In this document: in pieces, positions 56,225-64,000 of the stretch | Position numbering within the stretch: the stretch's first letter is position 1 | Layout: each line of letters starts with the position of its first letter | Assembly: GCA_963811025.1 (NCBI GenBank) | Contig: CAWEPX010000006.1 | Coordinates: 50,897 to 114,896 of the forward strand | DNA length: 64,000 nucleotides | From: an uncultured delta proteobacterium | GTDB taxonomy: Bacteria > Desulfobacterota > Deferrimicrobia > Deferrimicrobiales > Deferrimicrobiaceae | Direction: 5' to 3' | Notes under the pieces: model-generated | What the model saw: only the letters and a program-made list of their open reading frames with translations | What the model was told of the DNA's origin: nothing | Database searches by the model: none | Made by a program: the position numbers and the translations under genes

Positions 56225-57569
56225 GAGGACAGGGAAGGTTTTTCTCCCGGGCAGCCGGGCGCATTTCCTGTACAACCTGGGTCTTGCAGGCGCCCTGGCA
56301 TTGACGGCCCCTGCGTGGATCCCCTGGATGAGCTTCTCCGCGAAACGCAGGAAGAATTTTCCGGACCGCCTCGGGATTCGCCTCGGCCACATTCCCCTCC
56401 CGGCGGGGAAGCACCGGATCTGGATCCATGCGGTCTCGGTGGGAGAGACCCTCTCGGCGGTTTCCCTCGTACGCGCCCTCAAAGGACAGCTCCCTTCCGC
56501 GGAACTCTTCTTCTCGACGGTAACGATTAGCGGGCAGCAGGTGGCGGGGAAAGCGCTCGCCGGTCTCGTCGAGAAGACGTTTTTCTTCCCCTTCGACATC
56601 CCCCGCATTTCCGGGAAGTTCCTCGACCGGGTATGTCCGGACGTTGTGGCGATCCTCGAAACGGAGATCTGGCCGAACTTTCTCGGAGAGTGCGCGGCGC
56701 GCGGGATTCCCGTGGTCATCCTGAACGGGAGGGTATCGGAACGCTCGTTTCAAGGGTACGGACGGTTTCGTTCCTTTTTCGCAAGAGTCCTCGCATGCGT
56801 TACCGCCGTTGCCATGCAGACGGAAGAGGATGCCCGCAGGATGATCGCCCTCGGAGTCGATCCCGCGAAAGTCACGGTCACGGGAAACATGAAATTCGAC
56901 GTATCTTTTTCCCCGGATTCCGATTCGCCCTTTCTTTCCTGGCTGAAAGGCGAGAAGGACAAGGGTGCCGCATGGGTAGTCGCCGGGTCGACACACGAGG
57001 GAGAGGAGAATGCGGTGCTTTCCGCGTTCGCGGATGCGCGTTCGGTCAACCCATCGGCCCGACTTCTGCTCGCTCCCCGTCACCCCGAGAGGTTCGATGC
57101 TGTGGCAGAGCTTTGCGAGCGGCGGGGTTGGGAGGTCGCGAGAAAGTCGCGTATCACATCCGGGGAGGAAAAGAAGCACTCCTCTCCGGTCGTCGTTCTG
57201 GACTCTGTCGGGGAACTGCTGGCCTCGTACGCAGCGGCGGACATCGCTTTCGTGGGAGGCAGCCTTGCCCCGAAGGGGGGGCACAACATCCTTGAGCCCG
57301 CCCTGTTCGGGGTCCCTGCCGTCACGGGGCCGCATACGGGGAATTTCCGGGAAATCACCGAACTATTCACCCGGGGGGATGCGGTGATGACGGTGGGGGA
57401 CGAGAGCGATCTTTGCCGCAGGATGGTGGAATGGGCGGCGGATCCCGCCCCGTTTGCGGAGATGGGGGAGCGCGCGAAGCGTCTTCTGGAAACCCTCCGC
57501 GGCGCCAGTGGCAGAAACGCCACGCTGGTCGCAGGCGAACTGACCCGGCGCGCAGGGGTAGCGTCATGA
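56196..57569 (+). CDS. waaA: 3-deoxy-D-manno-octulosonic acid (Kdo) transferase
   Basis: GTG 56196 after GAGGAGAGG. ...IWIHAVSVGETLSAVSLVRAL...ILETEIWPNFL...IPVVILNGRVSERSF.GY...GSTHEGEE...LLAPRHPERF...GGSL...GGHNILEPA..G.PV..GPH..NF. Confidence 0.88.
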   Translation: MRKAVLAAPERTGKVFLPGSRAHFLYNLGLAGALALTAPAWIPWMSFSAKRRKNFPDRLGIRLGHIPLPAGKHRIWIHAVSVGETLSAVSLVRALKGQLPSAELFFSTVTISGQQVAGKALAGLVEKTFFFPFDIPRISGKFLDRVCPDVVAILETEIWPNFLGECAARGIPVVILNGRVSERSFQGYGRFRSFFARVLACVTAVAMQTEEDARRMIALGVDPAKVTVTGNMKFDVSFSPDSDSPFLSWLKGEKDKGAAWVVAGSTHEGEENAVLSAFADARSVNPSARLLLAPRHPERFDAVAELCERRGWEVARKSRITSGEEKKHSSPVVVLDSVGELLASYAAADIAFVGGSLAPKGGHNILEPALFGVPAVTGPHTGNFREITELFTRGDAVMTVGDESDLCRRMVEWAADPAPFAEMGERAKRLLETLRGASGRNATLVAGELTRRAGVAS

Positions 57570-58576
57570 TGGGGGTGGTTGCCAGGGGGAGGAGGAGCCT
57601 GTACGGCACGGGGATTCTCAGTTCCTGTTCTCTTCCCCGTCCGGTGGTGAGCGTGGGAAACCTGACGGCGGGCGGTTCGGGGAAGACGCCCCATGTCCAG
57701 TTTCTCGCCCGATGGCTTTCCGGACAGGGGGTGCGGGTCGCGATCCTCAGCCGCGGCTACGGGAGGAAGACCGGGGGCGTCCTGTGGGCGTCCCGGGGAC
57801 AGGGGAGCGTGGCGGGCGGAACCCGCGGGGCTGCCGAGGCGGAGCGGGTGGGGGATGAACCGGCATTTCTCGCGTCGACGCTCCCCGGTATCCCCGTGCT
57901 CGTCGGGGAGTCCCGCTTTGCCGCGGGAACGGAATGCCTGCGGGTCCTCGAGGTCGATGCGTTCCTTCTCGACGACGGGTTCCAACATCTCCCCCTGCGA
58001 CGGGACGCCGATATTCTCCTGGTCGATGCCGGGCGGGGGCTGGGGAACGGACGGACCCTGCCGTTCGGTCCGCTCCGGGAACCGCCGGATCACGCCCGCT
58101 TCGCGGACGCCCTGGTCGTCACCCGCTGCGAAAGCGCCGACCATGGCAGGGAGGCGGCCGGCGCCGTACCGTTTCCGCCGGAGAGGCCCGTGGCCTTCTC
58201 CCGGATCGTCCCGCGCCTCCTGATCGACAGGGACGGCGGGAAGAGTCCGCTCCCACTGGTGAAAAAGGAGATCGCGGCCTTTTCGGGCATCGCGCGGAAC
58301 GAGCAGTTCGAAAACGTCCTCCGGGCTTCCGGTTTTATCGTCCGCAGGTTCCACGGATTCCGGGACCACCATCCGTACCGGACGGCCGACCTCGAAACGA
58401 TTCGTGCGGCCGCCGGCGGATTGCCCGTAGTCACGACCGAAAAAGACATGGTACGGCTGCCGGCCGATGTGCCGTTTCCCGTCGCGGCGCTCCGCGTGGA
58501 GGTGGACTTTCTCTCCGGATGGCATGAATTGTCCTGTCTTCTTCTGGAGCGGATCGGCCGCCGGGAGAACCGATGA
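57566..58576 (+). CDS. lpxK: tetraacyldisaccharide 4'-kinase
   Basis: ATG 57566 overlaps the waaA TGA (ATGA). ...PRPVVSVGNLTAGGSGKTPHVQFLARWL (P-loop) ...VAILSRGYGRK...VGDEPAFL...LLDDGFQHLPLRRD.DILL...FSGIA.NEQF...F.DHH.Y...TTEKD.V. Confidence 0.9.
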   Translation: MMGVVARGRRSLYGTGILSSCSLPRPVVSVGNLTAGGSGKTPHVQFLARWLSGQGVRVAILSRGYGRKTGGVLWASRGQGSVAGGTRGAAEAERVGDEPAFLASTLPGIPVLVGESRFAAGTECLRVLEVDAFLLDDGFQHLPLRRDADILLVDAGRGLGNGRTLPFGPLREPPDHARFADALVVTRCESADHGREAAGAVPFPPERPVAFSRIVPRLLIDRDGGKSPLPLVKKEIAAFSGIARNEQFENVLRASGFIVRRFHGFRDHHPYRTADLETIRAAAGGLPVVTTEKDMVRLPADVPFPVAALRVEVDFLSGWHELSCLLLERIGRRENR

Positions 58577-59478
58577 GGGAAAAGGCGTACCGGGCCGCGA
58601 TCCGGGTGATGGAAACAGTACCGCTGCGGGTGCGGGCCGCGCTGTTCGAAGCGGTGATGCTGCTGGTTTGGGCGGTGGATGCGAAGCACCGGAAGATCGG
58701 CCGGATCAATCTGCGGATCGCTTTCCCCGAAATGGGAGACCGGGAAGCGGCCCGGATCGTCCGGATCTGCTACATGAGGATGGGGACCGCGGCGGCCGAG
58801 TTCGTCCACATTCCGAAGATGGACAGGAGATACATCGAGAAGCACATCCGAATCGAGGGGATCGAGCATATCCGGCGGAGCGAACAGGAGCGGGGCCTGG
58901 GGGTGCTCGCGATGACGGCGCACTTCGGGAACTGGGAACTCGCCTCGCACGTGACCGGCATCATGCATAAACCCGTGGCGTTCATCGTCCGTCCTCTTGC
59001 GGACCCGGGCTGGGACCGGATCGTCACGGAGCGGAGGGAATGCTTCGGGAACCGGGTGATCCGGAAGTTCGACTCCGCGAAGGAGGTGATGCGGAAGATC
59101 CGACGCGGGACGATGGTCGGGATCCTGATCGACCAGAACGTGGACCGGCACAAGGGGGTGCTCGTCGACTTTTTCACGAAGAAGGCCTATACGACCGACG
59201 GGATTGCCCGGATGGCCCTCGCTCTTCGTGCGAACATCCACCCGGCGTTCCTTTTCCGGGATCCGGCAAGAAAGTTTCACCATACCTTGCGGTTTGGACC
59301 GGCGATTCCGATGGATCCGGCCGCTCCCCGGGAGGAGGAGGTGCTCCGGCTCACGCGCCTGTGCAACCAAAAGCTGGAGAACGCGATTCGGGAATCCCCC
59401 ACGCAATGGCTCTGGTTCCACCGGAGGTGGAAGACAAGGCCGCCGGGAGAGCCGGATCTGTACCGGGAAGCCCGATGA
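58573..59478 (+). CDS. lysophospholipid/lipid A biosynthesis acyltransferase (LpxL/HtrB family)
   Basis: ...INLRIAFPEMGDREAARIV...GLGVLAMTAHFGNWELASH (HxxxxE-type acyltransferase motif) ...GILIDQN....GVLVDFF.K.AYTTDGIARMAL... ...WLWFHRRWK. ATG overlaps the lpxK TGA. Confidence 0.82.
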   Translation: MREKAYRAAIRVMETVPLRVRAALFEAVMLLVWAVDAKHRKIGRINLRIAFPEMGDREAARIVRICYMRMGTAAAEFVHIPKMDRRYIEKHIRIEGIEHIRRSEQERGLGVLAMTAHFGNWELASHVTGIMHKPVAFIVRPLADPGWDRIVTERRECFGNRVIRKFDSAKEVMRKIRRGTMVGILIDQNVDRHKGVLVDFFTKKAYTTDGIARMALALRANIHPAFLFRDPARKFHHTLRFGPAIPMDPAAPREEEVLRLTRLCNQKLENAIRESPTQWLWFHRRWKTRPPGEPDLYREAR

Positions 59479-60065
59479 AAGGGATCGTGTTTTTCGACCG
59501 GGACGGCACACTGATCGAGGACGTGGGGTATCTTTCCGACCCAAGGGAAGTACGGGAGATCCCCGGGGCGGCGGAGTCGCTTCTGCGCCTTTCGGCAGAG
59601 GGATTCGCCCTGGCGGTCGTCTCCAACCAGGCGGGCCTGGCGAAAGGAAAGTTCGTGAAAGAGCAGGGGGAAGCAGTGCACCGTGCGTTCATCGCTCTTT
59701 TTCGTGAGAAGGGCGTCGAGTTCGCCGCCGTGGAATACTGTCCCCATCACCCGGACGGATCGGTGGAGGAGTACCGCACCGTATGCGGGTGTCGAAAACC
59801 GTCTCCCGGAATGGCGGAGAAGGTGCTGGCGCGCCTGGGAAAACCGGCTTCGTGTACGATGTGGATCGTCGGTGATAAAATGACCGATGTGTTGATGGGG
59901 CGTAGTCTGAAGGCGAAAACCATACTTGTGGCGACAGGATACGGGATATCGGAGCGGAGGGAAGGCGAACGGCGCGGCATCGGGGCGGACGTGTTCCTCC
60001 CCAGCATCAGGGAGGCGGCAGAGTGGATCCTGTCGGAAGGGAACTTCGGAAGGGAACTAGGGTGA
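59475..60065 (+). CDS. gmhB: D-glycero-D-manno-heptose 1,7-bisphosphate phosphatase (HAD-IIIA)
   Basis: MKGIVFFDRDGTLIEDVGYLSDP (DxDGT) ...LAVVSNQAGLAKG...YCPHHPDG...CGCRKPSPGM (Cx..CxC zinc site) ...WIVGDKMTDV. ATG overlaps the upstream TGA. Confidence 0.88.
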   Translation: MKGIVFFDRDGTLIEDVGYLSDPREVREIPGAAESLLRLSAEGFALAVVSNQAGLAKGKFVKEQGEAVHRAFIALFREKGVEFAAVEYCPHHPDGSVEEYRTVCGCRKPSPGMAEKVLARLGKPASCTMWIVGDKMTDVLMGRSLKAKTILVATGYGISERREGERRGIGADVFLPSIREAAEWILSEGNFGRELG

Positions 60066-61277
60066 AGGGGTCGGTTTCCTCGGGAAACCGGGCACGGTGT
60101 TGCTCTTTGCTTCTCGCTGCTGCACTCGTGCTCCTGACGGCCGGTTGTTACCGCGCGACGCATCAGCCCGAACGGGAGGATGCGCCGCCGGTTGCGGCGA
60201 CCGGCGATGCGGAGCCCCCGGTCATGCAGGCGGAGAGAACCGTCACCTCTCTCCCTCCGCAGGAACCGCAGCCCTCGGCAGGTGAAGCCCCTTCCTCCCG
60301 CCCGGAGGTTTCCCCGCCGGTGACGGCACCCGAAGAGCCTCCCGGGGAATCGTCCCCGGAATCCTCCCTTCCGTCCGTAGCCGAAATACCTCCGGAGAAG
60401 GAATCGCCCGTAGTTGGTTCAACGCCGGAGACGTCCGGAGGAGGAAAGGAGAAGGTATCACCGGAAGAAGAGACAACGGTGGCGTCCTTGCCCCCGCTGC
60501 CCGGACCAGGCGGGTCCGTTCCCGGCGCGGTTACCGGGAAAGGCGGGGTCGACATCGTCAAGCTTCCGGAGGAAAGGGCCTTTTCGCGGGAAGGACCGCT
60601 ACTGGGCGAGAGAGGGGGAAGAACTTGTCTACAAGGTGGAGTTTCTGGGCATCACGATGGGGTATGCCCGGTTCTCCTTCCTGGGGAAAGTACTCCTGTC
60701 GGGAAAGGAGGCGTACCACCTCCGCGTACGCGCCTGGACCTCGGATATTCTCTCGGTGATTTACCCGATGGACGACACGATCGACTACTATCTGGATGTG
60801 CATACGATTGCGCCGCTTCGGCAGGAGTATACCAAAAGCAGGAAACGGGACGACGTGGCCATCTACGACCAGGAAAAAGGGACGATCGTCTACCGGAACA
60901 GGAAGAACGGGAAGATCAGAAAGAAGGTCGACGTCGTTCCCAATGTGTATGACCCCGTCTCGCTCGCGTACTATATCCGGGCCCGGGGCCCGGAGGGGGA
61001 AGCGGTGGAGCATACAATGTACGCGGGGAAGAAATTGTGGGAGGTGTCGGCCAAGTCCCTGGGGCGCGAACAGATCCGGACGGACCAGGGCGAGTACGAT
61101 ACGATTATCGTCCAGCCCGTGCTCCGGCAGGGGGGAAAGGTGGAAACCAAGAAGAGGATGCGGATGTGGATGACGACGGACGAACGACATGTCCCCGTCC
61201 GTCTGTACGCGAAATTCAAGAAGATACGAACCTGGACGCTGGTGGGGGAACTGATGCCCGACCAGCAGGGAGGGTAG
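60062..61277 (+). CDS. lipoprotein with a long Pro/Glu/Ser-rich linker and a C-terminal DUF3108-like domain (one apparent +1 frameshift near 60588-60595)
   Basis: GTG 60062 overlaps the gmhB TGA. Lipobox LLTAGC. About 170 aa of PPVAATGDAEPP...PEEPPGESSPESS... Second frame: YWAREGEELVYKVEFLGITMGYARFSFLGKVLLSGKEAYHLRVRAWTSDILSVIYPMDDTIDYYLD...WMTTDERHVPVRLYAKFKKIRTWTLVGEL. The domain name comes from memory of the family. Confidence 0.7.
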
Positions 61278-61280
61278 CCC

Positions 61281-61445
61281 ATGGACGAGGAACTGCTGGA
61301 GATCCTGGCGTGCCCGAAGTGCAAGGGAGGCCTGGTGCTGACCCCGGAGGAGTCCGAACTCCGTTGCGAAGCGTGCCGCCTGGGATACCGCATCGACGAC
61401 GGGATACCCATTCTCCTCATCGACGAAGCGACCCCGTATGAATGA
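61281..61445 (+). CDS. Trm112/YcaR-family small zinc-ribbon protein (UPF0434)
   Basis: Manual translation MDEELLEILACPKCKGGLVLTPEESELRCEACRLGYRIDDGIPILLIDEATPYE* (54 aa, below the ORF-track cutoff). In E. coli ycaR sits next to lpxK and kdsB. Confidence 0.85.
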   Translation: MDEELLEILACPKCKGGLVLTPEESELRCEACRLGYRIDDGIPILLIDEATPYE

Positions 61446-62512
61446 CGACGGATTCATCGTCAGGGCATTCGAATACATCGGGCGGTTTCCCTCCTGCCGC
61501 CTCCTGGTGGTCGGGGATATCATGCTGGACGAATACGTCTGGGGGGACGTAAGGAGGATCTCCCCGGAGGCTCCTGTCCCGGTCGTCGCCGTGATCCGGG
61601 ACACCCGTACGCTCGGAGGGGCGGCAAACGTGGCATTGAACGTCGCTTCGCTGGGAGCGGGGGTGGACGTTGCCGGCCTCGTGGGATCCGACCCGGCGGG
61701 CCGCGAGATCACGCGCATGCTGCGGATCCGGGGCATCGGCGTGGCGGGACTCGTCGTGGATCCGGATCGCCCGACGACGGTGAAGACGCGCGTCATCGCC
61801 CATCAGCAGCAGGTGGTCCGCGTCGACCGGGAAAAGAAGGAGCCCCCGGCCGACAAGGCCCGCAAAGCGCTCAAAACCCGCGTGCTCGCGGCGCTCGGCA
61901 GGGCGGACGGGGTGGTCCTCTCCGACTACCGGAAGGGGGCACTCTCCCGCGAGCTCGTGGAGGAGGTGGCCGCGGCGGCGAAGAGGAGGGGAGTGTTCGT
62001 TGCGGTAGATCCGAAGCAGACCGATTTTGCCTATTACCGCGGATGCACCGTGATCACTCCCAACAAGGCAGAGGCCGAGGCGGCGCTAGGGGGCCGGGAG
62101 CTCACGGGGGATCTGGAGATCTGGAAGGGGGGTAAAGTCGCTCCTGCGGAAGACCGGAGCGAGCGCAATCCTTATGACCCGGGGGGAGGAAGGGATGAGC
62201 CTGGTCGAACGCGGCCGCCGGACATTCTTCCACATACCGGCGCAGGGTCGCCAGGTGTTCGACGTGACCGGCGCGGGGGACACCGTGATTGGCACCCTTG
62301 CGACGGGGTTGGGGGCGGGGGCGACTCTTCGGGATGCTGCCCTCCTCGCGAATGTGGCCGCGGGGGTCGTCGTGGGCGAGGTGGGAACCGCGCCCATAAC
62401 CGTGGAAAAGCTTTCCCGGGCCCTTCGGATGCGGGAGAAGGAACGCGAGGCGGCTCGCGAGGAAACGGGAGACTCGACGCGGGTCGGGGGAAGGGAGTCC
62501 TCCTCCCGTTGA
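61438..62512 (+). CDS. hldA: D-glycero-beta-D-manno-heptose-7-phosphate kinase, RfaE domain I only (one apparent +1 frameshift near 62127-62137)
   Basis: Frame 1: MNDDGFIVRAFEYIGRFPSCRLLVVGDIMLDEYVWGDVRRISPEAPVPVV......LGGAANVALNVASLGA...VITPNKAEAE...DLEIWKGGK. Frame 2: SLLRKTGASAILMTRGEEGMSLVE...FHIPAQGRQVFDVTGAGDTVIGTLATGL... (ribokinase-type GAGD). It stops at 62512, with no adenylyltransferase domain. Confidence 0.85.
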
Positions 62513-63063
62513 GTCAACGGAAACCCCCTCCGCCAGCCAGGTTGATATTCTCGGTGATCTACCGGGACGACGAGGATTTCGAAAACACCGTCCGGACAAT
62601 TCACGGACGTATCGGGAGAATCGAATACGCAAGCGGTCCGTTTCCCTTCGACCGGTCCGATTACTACGAAAGGGAGATGGGGGCGCCGCTGTTCCGCCGG
62701 TTTCTCCTGGCGGCCGATGATGTGGTACGGGAGGACCTGGTGCAGGCGAAACTTGCCGCAGAGTCGATCGAGTCGGAATTCTCGGTCGACGGGAAGCGGA
62801 ACGTGAACATCGACCCGGGGCTGCTCACGGATGAGAACGTTGTCCTTGCCACGGGGAAAAACTACAGCCACCGGATCTACCTGCGGGACGGGGTATTTGC
62901 GGACCTGACGCTCGTCTTCGAAAAGGGGGAATACCGGCCGTTGCCGTGGACGTATCCCGACTTCGCCTCGACAGAGATCCGCACCTTCCTCACAATGCTG
63001 CGCACGCTTTGCCGGGCAGGGAAAAAACGGCGACAGAAAGGGGAATCCTGCGGATGTGGATGA
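62509..63063 (+). CDS. DUF4416-like protein
   Basis: TTG 62509 overlaps the hldA TGA (TTGA). ...ARLIFSVIYRDDEDFENTVRTIHGRIGRIEYASGPFPFDRSDYYEREMGAPLFRRFLLAADDVVREDLVQAKLAAESIESEF.....RNVNIDPGLLTDENVVLATGKNYSHRIYLRDGVFADLTLVFEKGEYRPLPWTYPDF. Family name is from memory. Confidence 0.7.
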   Translation: MSQRKPPPPARLIFSVIYRDDEDFENTVRTIHGRIGRIEYASGPFPFDRSDYYEREMGAPLFRRFLLAADDVVREDLVQAKLAAESIESEFSVDGKRNVNIDPGLLTDENVVLATGKNYSHRIYLRDGVFADLTLVFEKGEYRPLPWTYPDFASTEIRTFLTMLRTLCRAGKKRRQKGESCGCG

Positions 63064-63938
63064 GCATGACCGGGTTCGGAAGGGGAGACCGTCACGGCGA
63101 GGACGTCATGGTGACCGCGGAGATCCGGTCCGTCAACCACCGGTTTCTGGACATCCATGTGCGGTGCCCTGCGAGATACCTGTTGTGGGAACAGCGAATC
63201 AGGTCGATGGTCAGGCAGACGCTCCGGAGGGGAAAAGTGGACGTCTTTCTGAACATCCGGGAGTGGGGGCGGACGGGAAACGCCGTCCGCGTGAATCACG
63301 GTCTTCTCTCCTCGCTCCTGGTGGAGGCAAACCGGATACGGGAGGAGTATTCCCTGCCGATGGAACTTTCGTTCAGCGACCTGGTCCGGGTTCCCGACAT
63401 CTTCGTGTTCGGTCCGGAGGGGAGCGACCCGGCGGAGGAGCATTGGGGTCTCGGGGAGGGTGCGGTACAGGATGCCCTGTCGATGCTCGTCTCGTCGAGG
63501 CGGGAGGAGGGAGAGCGGCTCCGCGACGTGATCACGCAGGCGGTGCTAAAGATGCAGGCACTGTCGGCGGAGATTTCCGATCTTTCCGCCGAGAACAAGG
63601 AACTCGTCCAGGCCCGGTTCCGTGAACGGATCGAGGCCCTCTCCGGCGAGGCAGGGGTCGACCCTGCGCGCGTGCAGCAGGAGGCGGCATTCCTGATCGA
63701 CCGGCTGGACATCACCGAGGAATGCGACCGGCTGTCCTCCCACCTTTCGGGCATGGAGGGGCTGATGGCGATCGCGGGAGAGGCGGTAGGGAAGCGGTTT
63801 GATTTTCTCGTCCAGGAAGCGTTCCGGGAACTGAACACGGCGTCGTCCAAGTCGGCGCACGCGGGCATATCGGAGAGGGTAGTCGCAGGGAAGACGGAGC
63901 TGGAAAAGATCCGGGAACAGATTCAGAACGTGGAGTGA
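63060..63938 (+). CDS. yicC: YicC-family stress-induced protein
   Basis: ATG 63060 overlaps the upstream TGA (ATGA). MSMTGFGRGDRHGEDVMVTAEIRSVNHRFLDIHVRCP...DITEECDRLSSHL........GKRFDFLVQEAFRELNTASSKS...ELEKIREQIQNVE. Confidence 0.9.
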   Translation: MSMTGFGRGDRHGEDVMVTAEIRSVNHRFLDIHVRCPARYLLWEQRIRSMVRQTLRRGKVDVFLNIREWGRTGNAVRVNHGLLSSLLVEANRIREEYSLPMELSFSDLVRVPDIFVFGPEGSDPAEEHWGLGEGAVQDALSMLVSSRREEGERLRDVITQAVLKMQALSAEISDLSAENKELVQARFRERIEALSGEAGVDPARVQQEAAFLIDRLDITEECDRLSSHLSGMEGLMAIAGEAVGKRFDFLVQEAFRELNTASSKSAHAGISERVVAGKTELEKIREQIQNVE

Positions 63939-63942
63939 CACA

Positions 63943-64000
63943 TGGAAACGGGGGACGTCATCGTCATTTCGGCACCGTCCGGTTCAGGGAAGACCACCAT
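63943..64000 (+). CDS. gmk: guanylate kinase, 5' end (runs off the window)
   Basis: METGDVIVISAPSGSGKTT... (P-loop). Conserved yicC-gmk adjacency. Confidence 0.8.

Noticed and set aside
61438-63063. 541-aa ORF that could be called bifunctional HldE (kinase plus adenylyltransferase).
   Set aside because: The C-terminal 185 aa have no nucleotidyltransferase motifs and match a DUF4416-like pattern with its own TTG start. The middle is junk caused by a frame break. The true kinase C-terminus (GAGD motif) is in ORF 62174-62512.

Overview
High-GC chromosomal segment from a diderm (LPS-producing) bacterium. My hand counts give about 67% G+C in a typical coding line and about 48% in one islet. Gene content and synteny (AMIN-domain secretin, DUF4388 protein, lpx/fab/bamA arrangement) look deltaproteobacterium-like, but taxonomy cannot be proven from this window.

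Contents, left to right:
1. A minus-strand type II secretion operon, gspC-D-E-F-G-H-I-J-K. It is followed by a secreted repeat protein with a C-terminal sorting-tag-like tail and by the 5' end of a further membrane protein gene.
2. A divergent hybrid REC-GAF-histidine kinase-REC gene.
3. An AT-rich islet of about 0.9 kb, holding a 27-codon hydrophobic micro-ORF with a strong terminator and a 108-aa orphan gene.
4. tRNA-Gln and tRNA-Glu next to glnS and gltX.
5. Housekeeping blocks: yceD-rpmF-plsX-fabH-fabD-fabG-acpP-fabF, glyA, dCMP deaminase, nrdR-ribD-ribE-ribBA-ribH-nusB, leuS-lptE-holA, rpsT and mazG.
6. A TPR/zinc-ribbon membrane protein gene followed by a DUF4388 protein gene.
7. phoH-ybeY-lnt-prfB-lysS.
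8. An envelope-biogenesis supercluster of about 18 kb: lolC/E-lolD-bamA-skp-lpxD-fabZ-lpxA-(Gfo/Idh/MocA)-lpxB-msbA-waaA-lpxK-(lpxL-like)-gmhB-DUF3108-trm112-like-hldA-DUF4416.
9. yicC and the start of gmk.

I found no rRNA, CRISPR array, transposase or integrase.

The dominant sequence-level anomaly is 16 reading-frame breaks in 12 otherwise well-conserved genes, many of them essential. Fifteen behave as single extra bases. I read this as indel error in the assembly rather than biology. The prfB CTT-TGA break is separate and is the classical programmed +1 frameshift.

No clearly novel multi-gene system is demonstrable. The best candidates for follow-up are the sorting-tagged protein inside the T2SS operon, the AT-rich micro-ORF islet, the TPR/Zn-ribbon plus DUF4388 pair, and the hldA-DUF4416 coupling.
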